DNA of 64,000 nt from a plasmid. How positions within the stretch are numbered: the first letter of the stretch is position 1; the number at the start of each line of letters is the position of its first letter. Below the pieces are notes generated by a model. It worked only from the letters and a program-made list of their open reading frames with translations, was not told the DNA's origin and did not search any database. Below are positions 9,398-18,642 of this stretch, piece by piece. A program made the translations under genes and the position numbers. The stretch is taken from sequence record CP089609.1; one strand, written 5' to 3'.

Positions 9398-10315
9398 ATG
9401 GCCTACGAACGCTGGACACCCATCGCCGCGCAGAGCAACAACTGCTCCCCGCACACCTGGATCCTCTCCTGGGACCGCGACGTCGAATCTCTGCGGGCGG
9501 CGGCGCTGGCCGCCGCCTGGCAGTGGCACCTCGCCCTCGACACCACCCGGAACCACCAGCTCGTCATCGACCTCCATCAGCTCGCGGCCACCCGCTACGC
9601 CGACTACCGCGACGCCTCGACACACGACCGAAACCGCTACCTCAGCACCGTCGAGCACGTGATTCTCGCCGTAGGCCCAGGCTTCGACTGCACCAACCGC
9701 CACCTCCGGTGGATCGCCCGACTCGGCCGCACGACAGGCATTCATCTCGCCGTCGACTCCCGCCACCGCGACGACCCACTGGTAGCCGACGAGTTCATCG
9801 ACAACATCAACGGCTACTGGACGCCCATCCCCAGTGAAACCTCATATCCCAGCAGCTATAGCTATGTCAGCACCGGAGCATTACAGATCCTCACCGACAC
9901 CACCCGAGCTCATGCCGCCACGATTGACGCTCGCGCCTCGGCACTTGACACCATGTTCGCCGGCGCCGCACGCAGTGCACAGCACCTCGTCGACGCGAAC
10001 CCGCTTTCCCCCGACGATCCCCGCATCCAAGCGGTCATTGCCGCGGCCAAAAACCAGCGGTGGCGGGTCACACCGTACAACGCCGGTCGCTGCGATTTCA
10101 TCCATGACGCCAGTGACACCGCGGTGGTGGTGCGCTGGGGCACCGAGCAGCATCCGGTGCGCTACGCGGCCACCGGCCCTGTAGATGCTGAGCGCGGAGC
10201 CGACCGTCGCACCCTGGTCTCGGCCGGCAGCCCGGCCGACGGTGACCCCATCGCCGCGCTGGTGCGGTTCTTCACGCAAGCGCCCCGGCCTGACACGAAC
10301 ACGTTGAGCGAATAG
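9398..10315 (+). CDS. FtsK/SpoIIIE-derived degenerate domain protein (HLRWIARLGRTTGIHLAVDSRHRDDP)
   Basis: paralog of 15556..16902 (PHTWIxxWDxxVExLRAAALAA...RYLxxVxHVxxAVGPG...LRWIAR.G.xTGIHLAV). Confidence 0.55.
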   Translation: MAYERWTPIAAQSNNCSPHTWILSWDRDVESLRAAALAAAWQWHLALDTTRNHQLVIDLHQLAATRYADYRDASTHDRNRYLSTVEHVILAVGPGFDCTNRHLRWIARLGRTTGIHLAVDSRHRDDPLVADEFIDNINGYWTPIPSETSYPSSYSYVSTGALQILTDTTRAHAATIDARASALDTMFAGAARSAQHLVDANPLSPDDPRIQAVIAAAKNQRWRVTPYNAGRCDFIHDASDTAVVVRWGTEQHPVRYAATGPVDAERGADRRTLVSAGSPADGDPIAALVRFFTQAPRPDTNTLSE

Positions 10316-10374
10316 TCACGAAGTGCCCAAACCATCGCAGCTGGAGGACAGGACACTGGACCAACAACGATAGT

Positions 10375-10399
10375 TGTATACACCCTTTTAGGTGTATTG
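10375..10399. promoter_or_regulatory. palindromic operator copy 2 (TGTATACACCcttttaGGTGTATTG)
   Basis: inverted repeat 116 bp upstream of 10515 gene. Confidence 0.5.
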
Positions 10400-10514
10400 T
10401 TTGATCGGTTGCCACCCCATCTCATCTGCGCAGCCGCACGAGGCCTTCGCGGGCGCGAACCATGTTGCCAGGCAAGCCGGATTCGCCCGCCACGACGACA
10501 GGAGCACTCTTTTG

Positions 10515-10805
10515 ATGGCTACCCGGCGCGAACTGAAGGTCACTCACCGTTTGATCGGTCAGGACAAGGTCGACGAATTCACCGCGCTGTGTTTCGTCCT
10601 GAAATTGCGTCCTCACCAGTTGCTGAGTCAGCTGGTCACAGAGGGAGTCGCTCGGTACCGCGAGGACCCCGATCTCGACGAGGACATTCGCCAGCTCTGC
10701 CAACTACGCCAGCAGCACCTCGACCACATCAGCCACAGAGATGACGACGGTAGGAATTCCTCAGCACACCTTCCGGGTCACTTTGCCGCAGACCGAACTA
10801 CCTGA
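10515..10805 (+). CDS. small possible ribbon-helix-helix/Arc-like DNA-binding protein
   Basis: internal ATG of ORF 10392..10805; N-terminal beta-strand-like RELKVTHRLIG followed by helices; speculative fold assignment. Confidence 0.35.
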   Translation: MATRRELKVTHRLIGQDKVDEFTALCFVLKLRPHQLLSQLVTEGVARYREDPDLDEDIRQLCQLRQQHLDHISHRDDDGRNSSAHLPGHFAADRTT

Positions 10806-10825
10806 CCACCAAGGAGATACGTCCG

Positions 10826-11329
10826 ATGACAACGACCACCGCCCCTAGTGCGCAGGTCGCCGGCGCCGAGCCCGGCCCCACTCGGCCCACCAAGCACACC
10901 GCACCGGCACTGCTGGAGACCACCCCTGACGCCAACACCGCGATCTGGACCAGCCACGGCCACGGCGACTACAACGGCCACGACATCACCGCATCCATCG
11001 CCAGCGACGACACCCGGCGCCTCTGGGTCAGCATTGCCGAGGCTGACCCGTTGACCCCCAGCGACGTACGCCAGCTGATCGCGCATCTGCAGTACGCCCT
11101 GACCACGCTGGAGGGCGCCCCGCTCAACGTCGACACCTACCGCGCCCACGCCACCTCTCCACAGAGAGACGGGATCATCGAGGCCGTCGTCGACGAAACC
11201 ACCGACATCGACACCATCACGTCGTTCTGCAGCGACCACCGTGACCGCGGGCGCACTGTGAGCGTCGAAACCAGACACTGGCAGACCCTCACCGAGGCCT
11301 CCGGCTGGCACCGGAATCACGATCTGTAA
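10826..11329 (+). CDS. hypothetical protein
   Basis: 167-aa ORF with coding-like composition. Confidence 0.45.
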   Translation: MTTTTAPSAQVAGAEPGPTRPTKHTAPALLETTPDANTAIWTSHGHGDYNGHDITASIASDDTRRLWVSIAEADPLTPSDVRQLIAHLQYALTTLEGAPLNVDTYRAHATSPQRDGIIEAVVDETTDIDTITSFCSDHRDRGRTVSVETRHWQTLTEASGWHRNHDL

Positions 11330-11379
11330 CTGGTCATCAGTCCTCACTCGATAGTCGAATCACTGCAAGGGAATCGGTC

Positions 11380-11778
11380 ATGATCTACGGTGCGAGCAAC
11401 CCCGACGAGTATCTGCTCAACCTGACGAAGTCCACCGGATCGCTGATGCTGATCCGCGTCTACCGCACCCCGGCGGGAACGCTTCAGGCGCACTGGGCCA
11501 CTGGCGAGCAGGACACGACCGAAATCGACCCTCTCGACGTCGTCAAGATCGCCCACTCAACCACGGGATGCAGACCCGGCCGTCGGATAGATCCCACCCC
11601 AGGCGATGACGAGCAGCTCGCCACAGCGTGGGAGGCCGGCTATCAGGCCGCACAGAAGTACCAGCGGGAACGTGAGGAAGACCGCCGCGTATTCGAACGC
11701 CACAACCTACCGTGGGGTGGCCTCATCCCGGATCGACCCACCAATCCGTACCGCTCAACACCGGAGTGGGACTTCTAG
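11380..11778 (+). CDS. hypothetical protein
   Basis: 132-aa ORF. Confidence 0.45.
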   Translation: MIYGASNPDEYLLNLTKSTGSLMLIRVYRTPAGTLQAHWATGEQDTTEIDPLDVVKIAHSTTGCRPGRRIDPTPGDDEQLATAWEAGYQAAQKYQREREEDRRVFERHNLPWGGLIPDRPTNPYRSTPEWDF

Positions 11779-11838
11779 CTGCGCTGTTCCATGACATTCG
11801 TTACAGGAAAAACGAGCGGGGTAAGGAGCGAAAACCCA

Positions 11839-12516
11839 ATGGACGTAACAACAGTCACGAGTCCTGACGCACTGGAAATGCTCACCGACGACAAGGAGAG
11901 TCGCCATGCGGATCTTACGTTGATCGGCGGCCCCGCCAGGGTGGGGAAGACAACTTTGGCCCGGCGCTGGACCGCAACTAGGCCAGCGGAGCTTGTACAC
12001 CTTGATCACCTTCTTCACGCCGTAGCTGCGGTCGCCACGGGGGATGAACTCAGTGCGCTGCGACAAGCGCCGAGCATCACCACTCACAGCCCAGAGCAGT
12101 GGTTAGCCGGACTGCGTGAACGTGACGAAGTGCTCTGGAAGGCGGCGGGAGCTTATTCCACGGCCGCGAAGAGTGGCTTGGTCTTGGAAGGCGGACTCTG
12201 GCCCGACTGGGTAGCCAACATCAGCCGGCCTCATGCGGCGATCTTCATCGTAGACACTGGTGACAGTGCCGATCGCCTGGTCGACATCACGCGCGCTGAC
12301 CCGCATAGCTGGATGGCTCAACGCCGATGGCCGGAGGAAAAGATCCGGAAGTGGGCGTGCTACAACATGTTCCGCAGCACGGTCATCGCCGAACTTGCAG
12401 ATCGTCATGGCTATCCCGTCTTCGATATCGCCGACGGCATAGCTGCAGCCCAGGACAAAGCACTCGCGTACCTCGCGACCATCACAAGTGCAGGGATGAC
12501 TGTTCATGAGCATTGA
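11839..12516 (+). CDS. P-loop nucleoside/polynucleotide kinase-like protein (GGPARVGKTTLAR)
   Basis: Walker A near N-terminus; AAGGAG RBS 11 nt upstream of ATG 11839. Confidence 0.6.
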   Translation: MDVTTVTSPDALEMLTDDKESRHADLTLIGGPARVGKTTLARRWTATRPAELVHLDHLLHAVAAVATGDELSALRQAPSITTHSPEQWLAGLRERDEVLWKAAGAYSTAAKSGLVLEGGLWPDWVANISRPHAAIFIVDTGDSADRLVDITRADPHSWMAQRRWPEEKIRKWACYNMFRSTVIAELADRHGYPVFDIADGIAAAQDKALAYLATITSAGMTVHEH

Positions 12517-12937
12517 CGCACTCATCACCGCTCGAGAAGCTTCTTACCGCGGCGAAGGGGACTGGAGAACACCGGCCATTTACAACACCGTGGACGAGTT
12601 GCTTTTCCTGCGGGAATCCCGGTACTTGATCGGACCTGACGCTAGAACCGTTGCGGCGCAGAAGTTCACCGCACACAAAGACAACCCCCACTACAGCCAC
12701 GCCCCACCGGGCCAAGGCACTGCTCGCCACTGGACCGCCGAGGAAATCGAGAGCATCAGGCGCTGCTACTGGCGCGAGGAGCATGTTGCCCGTATCCGCC
12801 AGGCGTTTCCCGTTGAAACCGCCGCGTTTGACCGCGAGAAGTGGAATCTTCAGGTGTTTAACGATCCGGAGTTGTGCGACATCTGGGACGAACCTGGTGA
12901 TATCGGCCGGAGCCAGGCCCAAGGCGAGCACCGGTGA
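12506..12937 (+). CDS. hypothetical protein
   Basis: 143-aa ORF; translationally coupled between kinase and HAD genes. Confidence 0.5.
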   Translation: MSIDALITAREASYRGEGDWRTPAIYNTVDELLFLRESRYLIGPDARTVAAQKFTAHKDNPHYSHAPPGQGTARHWTAEEIESIRRCYWREEHVARIRQAFPVETAAFDREKWNLQVFNDPELCDIWDEPGDIGRSQAQGEHR

Positions 12938-13830
12938 TCCCCGTGGCGCCAAACGTCTCAAATGGCTGGCACTCCACGCCGGCAACCACGTTGATTGCCG
13001 TTGATCTCGACCGGACCCTGATCTATTCGCGCCGGTGGTTCTCCGACACCGACCGTGACACCGCGTGGTGCGTGGAACGTCGCGATGGCCGAGAAGTTTC
13101 GTTCATGACCCCCGCCGCGATGGCCGCTCTTGAACAGCTGGCAGCGGGCCCGGGCCAGATCGTTGTCCCTGCCACGACCCGCGCCCTGGCCCACTACCAG
13201 CGCATCGCGTTGCCCGGCGGGCCCTACCGCTATGCGGTAACCAGCAACGGAGGCACCATCCTCGTCGACGGGCAGCCCGATCCCACGTGGACCGCGACCG
13301 TGGCGGCCACACTGCGTGCCGAAAGCGTCCCACTCGAAGTGTTGAGGACAGCTCTGCACACCGCGATCAGTGCCGCCGACTGGGTGCACCGTGTCGTTGT
13401 CGTCGACGGACTGTTCTGCTATGTCGCCATTGACGAATCAGCGCTGCCCCAAGACTTCATCGAGTTGTGGAAAGACTGGTGCGAACCGCGCGGCTGGAAA
13501 GTGGTACGCCAGGACCGCAAGATCTACACCCTTCCCCGATCACTGTGTAAATCCCACGCCGTCGAAGAGGTCAGGAAGCGACTTACTACCCGGGGCGAGT
13601 TGATCGCCGACGCGCCGGTGCTTGCTGCTGGCGACGGTGCGCTCGATACGGCACTTCTGGCCGCAGCCAACGCCGCTATACGCCCATCTCACGGCGAGCT
13701 GCACAACACGGGATGGCGCACCGCCAAGACAGTCGTCGCAACGGCATTCGGCGCGAAAGCGGCCGAACAGATTCTGACATGGTGCCGTCTGCGGGCCGAA
13801 GCTGGCCGCGCCGAAGGTACCTCTGTGTAA
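12934..13830 (+). CDS. HAD-superfamily phosphatase (DLDRTL motif I, AGDGALD motif IV)
   Basis: DxDxT and GDGxxD HAD motifs; ATGA overlap with preceding gene. Confidence 0.65.
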   Translation: MIPVAPNVSNGWHSTPATTLIAVDLDRTLIYSRRWFSDTDRDTAWCVERRDGREVSFMTPAAMAALEQLAAGPGQIVVPATTRALAHYQRIALPGGPYRYAVTSNGGTILVDGQPDPTWTATVAATLRAESVPLEVLRTALHTAISAADWVHRVVVVDGLFCYVAIDESALPQDFIELWKDWCEPRGWKVVRQDRKIYTLPRSLCKSHAVEEVRKRLTTRGELIADAPVLAAGDGALDTALLAAANAAIRPSHGELHNTGWRTAKTVVATAFGAKAAEQILTWCRLRAEAGRAEGTSV

Positions 13831-13904
13831 CCGACAGGTGGAACACCAACATGTCAGTGGCGGATGCCACACTGACCAACATCTATCCGAGGAGAAGGAC
13901 AGCG

Positions 13905-14150
13905 ATGAACACCGACGGCGCGGAGTGGACCATGTTCACGATCCCTCGCGCGGTCAGGCTGGTGAAATGGCTGATCTACGCGGCTGGCAACGCACTGGCG
14001 GCATATTCGGCGATCACCGCTGCGGGATGGCTGGCCGTCCCCCTGGTCATCGTGTTCGCCGCGTTCGCCATCGCATGCCTGGGCTCAGGCTGGGCAGAGT
14101 GGACCGAACAACGGCCCGAGCTCGGGCCGACGATCGAAAGCCTCCCGTAG
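13905..14150 (+). CDS. small membrane protein (2 TM)
   Basis: GGAGAAGG RBS then ATG 13905; hydrophobic helices. Confidence 0.5.
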   Translation: MNTDGAEWTMFTIPRAVRLVKWLIYAAGNALAAYSAITAAGWLAVPLVIVFAAFAIACLGSGWAEWTEQRPELGPTIESLP

Positions 14151-14594
14151 CTACCGGCGAAAGCTGTCCACGGTGTACCGGTCGGGATCTCTGGCGATCA
14201 ACGCCCGTTGGTGCTGATAGTGCACGTCCGAGCCCCACCACGGCGGCGCCAGCCATCCGGCGCTTCGCCCGAAGTGAAGGACTCGCTGCAGTTCGGCGAC
14301 GTGTTTGAGGCGACAGGTAACCTCGTCGGCGCTGATCACCCCATGCTTCTCCAATGCGTATATCGCCCACATGTTGTACACACTCAACGCCGGGCCGTGA
14401 CGGGTCCACTCTCCCAGATCGCTGTCCGGATCGTTGGCATGCAGTTCGATGGCCAACAGGGACAGATTGTGCGCCTCAATGAGTTCTGGACTGTCCAACG
14501 CGCACAGCGCATCTCGATACCGATAGCCGTTGTCCGCCCCAAGGCCAGGGGAGGGAACCCAGATGCGGGAGGACGCATCCGGCGAGCTAGGCAT
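14151..14594 (-). CDS. hypothetical protein
   Basis: 147-aa ORF. Confidence 0.45.
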   Translation of the reverse strand: MPSSPDASSRIWVPSPGLGADNGYRYRDALCALDSPELIEAHNLSLLAIELHANDPDSDLGEWTRHGPALSVYNMWAIYALEKHGVISADEVTCRLKHVAELQRVLHFGRSAGWLAPPWWGSDVHYQHQRALIARDPDRYTVDSFRR

Positions 14595-15279
14595 CCAAGT
14601 GCTGCGCGCCGCTGAGCGCTGCTTGACGATCGGTCTGCGGCCAGAGGACGCGTGATGCCGCGACGGCCAGTGACATGACCGTGGCCAAGCGCTGCTGTAG
14701 TGCTGCGCCGTCGGCTGGGCGCCAGCCGTTGTCGCGCCACCGTTCGGCCGCGGCCAACAGCCCCACCGAATCGTCGATGCTGTTGGTGACCTCGTGCAGT
14801 GCTGTCACGGCCGCAATGAGATGGTCGGCGTCGCCGCGGCCTTCGCAGGACGGGCAGGGTTCCTCGGCCGGTGTGCCGGCGCCGGGACTGTGCGCGTCGA
14901 GCTCGGCGTAGTCGGCACTGGCGGCCCAGCGCTCCTCAGGATGGACGGTCTTCCACGCCCGTTCAGCATCATCATGGCGCTTCCACCACAGCGCCCCCAG
15001 CGGATTCTCGACAGTGCCGCTGCCGCCGCAGTCCAGGCACTGATTCACAGCTGCTTGTTGGTTGCATGGTTCAGGTGTCCTTTGCGAGCTCGCGCTTCTG
15101 CCGTGGTCAGTGTAGGTCTGGTCACCTCCTGGATCGAGCCATGTCACCAGGACCCAGTCCATGGGAGCTGGGAGGCCTTCGGCCCGCCTACCGCGCCCGA
15201 TAGCCTGGTCCACGGACCGACTTTTATACACCCTCGCCGGTTCATAGTGTGATGTAGGGGCACCGCCCTCGATCCGCAT
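14587..15279 (-). CDS. hypothetical zinc-ribbon protein (CLDCGGSG...CPSCEGRG)
   Basis: internal ATG (MRIEGG) of ORF 14587..15477; two CxxC pairs; true start may be upstream. Confidence 0.4.
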   Translation of the reverse strand: MRIEGGAPTSHYEPARVYKSRSVDQAIGRGRRAEGLPAPMDWVLVTWLDPGGDQTYTDHGRSASSQRTPEPCNQQAAVNQCLDCGGSGTVENPLGALWWKRHDDAERAWKTVHPEERWAASADYAELDAHSPGAGTPAEEPCPSCEGRGDADHLIAAVTALHEVTNSIDDSVGLLAAAERWRDNGWRPADGAALQQRLATVMSLAVAASRVLWPQTDRQAALSGAQHLDA

Positions 15280-15516
15280 TTCATGTTGGAGCACCAAGGG
15301 ATATGACGCTCGCCGATGCGGCACTATTCGGTTACGCCAGCACCGACAACGCTCGGCCACCGGCAGTGGTGATGAGCTACGGCATGGGCCTGGATTCATC
15401 GTCATTGTTGCCGACCGCAGCTGTACTGCAGGGAATGTGACTGAGCACCTCACACACGCGGTGTGGGCGACACACACCCCGTGTGGGTCGCCTGGCTAGA
15501 GATGCGTACTGATCGT

Positions 15517-15555
15517 TGACCGGATCTCCGAAACCCCGGGCATATACCTGTGGGC
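15517..15555 (+). promoter_or_regulatory. conserved leaderless promoter/start module copy 5
   Basis: TGACCGGATCTCCGAAACCCCGGGCATATACCTGTGGGC then ATG 15556. Confidence 0.6.
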
Positions 15556-16902
15556 ATGAGCAACATGTCGACTCAGGCGACGACACTGGATGCCTTCAAC
15601 GACGCCCCGCACACCTGGATCGAATGCTGGGATGAGGAGGTCGAGCCGCTGCGAGCCGCGGCGCTGGCCGCCGGCTGGACGTGGCATTGCGTTGATACCT
15701 CCGAGGATCTCCCGGCCCTGCTCTGGGCCCTTGAGCTCGCCAGTTCCCGCCACCAGAACCTCATGCCGGCAGAGCGCCGGCGCTATCTGGCGGCGGTCGG
15801 CCACGTCGTGATCGCCGTCGGCCCCGGCTACCAGGGCAGCTACCGCTATCTGAGGTGGATTGCACGGGCGGGAGCGCGCACCGGAATTCACCTGGCTGTC
15901 GCTGCCAGCCACCGTCGAAACCCCCTGGCCCCTCAGGATCTCAAGGACGGCATCACCGATCCACCGAGTGCGTACGTGGGCCCGGTGTCCGGCTGCGCAG
16001 CCGCCGCGCGGTCCAGCGAGCACCCGTGGCTGCCCACGTCGCCCGATGGGCACGGGCCCGACGACTACAGCGCACCGGCGGCCGGTCTCCTGGGTGCCTT
16101 CCGGCATCGCCTGCGCCGGCGTCGTAACGCCGATCGTCGAGTCCGTCCAGAGCAGCGGGTGTGTTCGGAATCGGATCTGGCTTGGCTCGATGACGATCCT
16201 CGGGTTCAGCTGATCGTCGCTACGGCCACGCGCGAGGGATGGCGCCGTGAACCTGGCGCCCAGACGGCTGTGTGGCGGTTCGTGCACGACATCGGGACAA
16301 CCCTCACGGTGCACTGGGGGACTCCGGAGATGCCGCTACTTCACGCCGCAGCGACCGCGACGGCGACGGTACGTTGGGGCGCCGTCACCTTGCCCGTCCT
16401 GGTAGCTGCCGGCGACACCGCCAGCAGCCCGGCCGACAACATCGTCTTGGCTTGCGACGCCGACGCCCAGTGGATCGAATCGCAGATCGATCGGGTTCAG
16501 AACTTTCTCCGTAGCCATCCCGCCGAATATCGCGTCATGTCCCAGATCTCGGCCGACCCGCGCGCGCGTTCGGTGATCAATACCGCTGAGCAACACGGCT
16601 GGGAAATTCACCCGCACGACGTGGACAGGTGCACCTTCGCCCGAGGTGGAACCGAGATCTGGCTTCGCTGGGGCATCATCGATTGCCCATGGCCATTCCT
16701 CTATGCGCACACCGCCCCGCACGGCGATGGGCCCTCCGTCTACCTCTCTCATGGGGATGATCCTCCCGAGGAGCAGCTCGTGGCCATGCTGCGATTCCTC
16801 GCGGCCCCAGACACCGGCCCAACAGGCGCTTCCTCCAATGCAATCGAGCCGAAAGGCCACAGCTTCGAGTTAGGAGACACATCACTCAATACACCTAAAT
16901 AG
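15556..16902 (+). CDS. FtsK/SpoIIIE-derived degenerate domain protein (448 aa)
   Basis: paralog of 9398..10315 over the first ~130 aa (LRWIARAGARTGIHLAVAASHRRNP). Confidence 0.6.
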   Translation: MSNMSTQATTLDAFNDAPHTWIECWDEEVEPLRAAALAAGWTWHCVDTSEDLPALLWALELASSRHQNLMPAERRRYLAAVGHVVIAVGPGYQGSYRYLRWIARAGARTGIHLAVAASHRRNPLAPQDLKDGITDPPSAYVGPVSGCAAAARSSEHPWLPTSPDGHGPDDYSAPAAGLLGAFRHRLRRRRNADRRVRPEQRVCSESDLAWLDDDPRVQLIVATATREGWRREPGAQTAVWRFVHDIGTTLTVHWGTPEMPLLHAAATATATVRWGAVTLPVLVAAGDTASSPADNIVLACDADAQWIESQIDRVQNFLRSHPAEYRVMSQISADPRARSVINTAEQHGWEIHPHDVDRCTFARGGTEIWLRWGIIDCPWPFLYAHTAPHGDGPSVYLSHGDDPPEEQLVAMLRFLAAPDTGPTGASSNAIEPKGHSFELGDTSLNTPK

Positions 16903-16910
16903 GTGTATTG
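16887..16910. promoter_or_regulatory. palindromic operator copy 3 (CAATACACCTAaaTAGGTGTATTG, 11-bp arms)
   Basis: perfect inverted repeat 72 bp upstream of ligase gene. Confidence 0.55.
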
Positions 16911-16981
16911 TTCGCATCGGGTCACCACCTGACGCAGGCCTCATCAGATCACCGAATGTACCGAGGAACGAGAACCTACCC

Positions 16982-18076
16982 ATGACCGCCGTCACTGATG
17001 TGTTCAGCGAAGACGAACTCGAGGCCGCCATCGGCAGCGGGTTCATCGAGTCTTTCCGGCATCCTCAGCTGCCACTGACCATCTACAACTACACCGAACG
17101 CGCCCAGTTTGAGACCGCCTGGAACGCCGCCACCCGCGCGTGCCGGGGCCTCATCGTCAACGACGATCGCCGGATCGTCGCCCGCCCCTGGGCGAAGTTC
17201 TTCGAGTACAAGCCGGTAGGCGGACAACACGGCCCCGTGGACCTCGACGCAGCTGTCGAGGCCACCGATAAGGTCGACGGATCTCTGGGCATCCTTTACC
17301 CCGCCGGCCACACGTGGGCGATCGCCACCCGTGGATCCTTCACCGGCAACCAGGCCGCTCACGCCACCACCCTCTATCAGCAGCGCTACGCCGGCGCCTG
17401 GTCCCCTGATCCCGAACTGACCTACTTGTTCGAGATCGTCTATCCGGACAACCGGGTCGTCCTGAACTACGGCGACACAGACGATCTCGTCCTTCTCGGC
17501 GCTTGCCGCATCGCTGACGGTGCATCCGTTACAGCAAGTTCGATCGGCGACTGGCCGGGGCCGCGTGCACAGACTCTGCCGGTCACAACCCTTCGCGATG
17601 CGTTGGCCTTCCCAGACCGGGCCAACGCCGAGGGCCTCGTGGTGACCGTGGTGGAATCCGGCCTCAAACTCAAACTCAAACAACGCGATTACGTACTCCG
17701 GCATCGCATGGTCACCGGGATGTCGGCGCTGGCGGTATGGGAGTACTTGGCCACGGGTGCGGGGATTTCAGGTCTGATATCGGATGGGCACCTTCCCGAC
17801 GAGCTCCACGACTGGGCCCGCGCCGTTGTCGCCGAGCTGCAAGGCCAGCATCTCGCGCTCAAAGATGCCGCCGAACAGGCACATGCAGAGATCATCGCGC
17901 GCCTCGAACCCGGGCACACCCGAAAGGACTATGCCGCCGAGGCTGTCAAACACGCTGACCTGAAAGGCTTCCTGTTCGCGCTCGCGGACGGGCGCCTGGA
18001 CAAGTTCGAGGCTGCGTTGTGGAAGTCCGTTCGACCTGATGCCAACGAACTGCGCTCCGAAGGGGCTTCCCGATGA
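16982..18076 (+). CDS. ATP-dependent polynucleotide (RNA) ligase-like nucleotidyltransferase
   Basis: motif I KVDGS, motif IV EGLVV, motif V LKLKLK; N-terminal RGLIVNDDRRIVARPWAKFF typical of Rnl-type RNA ligases. Confidence 0.7.
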   Translation: MTAVTDVFSEDELEAAIGSGFIESFRHPQLPLTIYNYTERAQFETAWNAATRACRGLIVNDDRRIVARPWAKFFEYKPVGGQHGPVDLDAAVEATDKVDGSLGILYPAGHTWAIATRGSFTGNQAAHATTLYQQRYAGAWSPDPELTYLFEIVYPDNRVVLNYGDTDDLVLLGACRIADGASVTASSIGDWPGPRAQTLPVTTLRDALAFPDRANAEGLVVTVVESGLKLKLKQRDYVLRHRMVTGMSALAVWEYLATGAGISGLISDGHLPDELHDWARAVVAELQGQHLALKDAAEQAHAEIIARLEPGHTRKDYAAEAVKHADLKGFLFALADGRLDKFEAALWKSVRPDANELRSEGASR

Positions 18077-18642
18077 ATCACCAGCCGCCCCGCCCCGCCT
18101 CGACCAATCACGCACCCGCCGAGCGTGGCCTCGCCCCTATACTCGGAACTTTCCCGTCTGTCAGAATCGCACTGTTCGGGCCCCGAGTCTTGTTCGCCTA
18201 CCTGGGCGCGATGAACACGCTCTACCTCATCGGCTACATGTTGGCGGCCATCTTTCCCCGGCCCCCTGCCACCATTTTGGAGTACGACACCGCGGGCGCC
18301 ATGCTGTCGGTTTTCGGCGAGGTTTTCTCCGGAATTCGAGATTTTGCCGCGCAATGGGCATTCTTCGGCGCCACGCCTTCTCCCCTCGTCGCCGGCGGCC
18401 TCGTCGTCTTTTCCCTGATGTGTGGTCACGCACTGGCGACCATGTCCCGGCCCGCCCGCCGACGGCCCGAACTTGTCGAACGCTTGATTCAGCTCCCAGA
18501 CGTGGCTGCCGATAACGGCGACCAGCTCGGCGCCGTGGACGCCAAGGATCGGGCCCAACGGACACGCGGGACAAGATCGCCGACGTACATGCCGCCCTGT
18601 CCCAGCTGGATGCGGAGTGGCTTGCTTACACCATGGACGTGA
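18073..18642 (+). CDS. integral membrane protein
   Basis: ATGA overlap with ligase gene; multiple hydrophobic helices. Confidence 0.45.
   Translation: MNHQPPRPASTNHAPAERGLAPILGTFPSVRIALFGPRVLFAYLGAMNTLYLIGYMLAAIFPRPPATILEYDTAGAMLSVFGEVFSGIRDFAAQWAFFGATPSPLVAGGLVVFSLMCGHALATMSRPARRRPELVERLIQLPDVAADNGDQLGAVDAKDRAQRTRGTRSPTYMPPCPSWMRSGLLTPWT

Noticed and set aside
247-10425. Numerous overlapping or antisense ORFs in the six-frame track (e.g. 247..552-, 748..1125+, 1827..2207-, 2164..2910-, 2956..3528-, 3180..3593-, 9227..9766-, 9295..9837+, 10162..10425-)
   Set aside because: High GC content gives long spurious ORFs on non-coding frames. These overlap better-supported genes and have Arg/Pro/Ala-rich compositions typical of wrong-frame translation.
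4840-16902. Type VII (ESX) secretion or conjugative transfer locus inferred from FtsK-like proteins
   Set aside because: No EccB/EccD/MycP/WXG100 genes and no relaxase/VirB4/VirD4 genes were recognisable. The FtsK-like proteins lack intact ATP-binding motifs, so no secretion or conjugation system can be asserted from this window alone.
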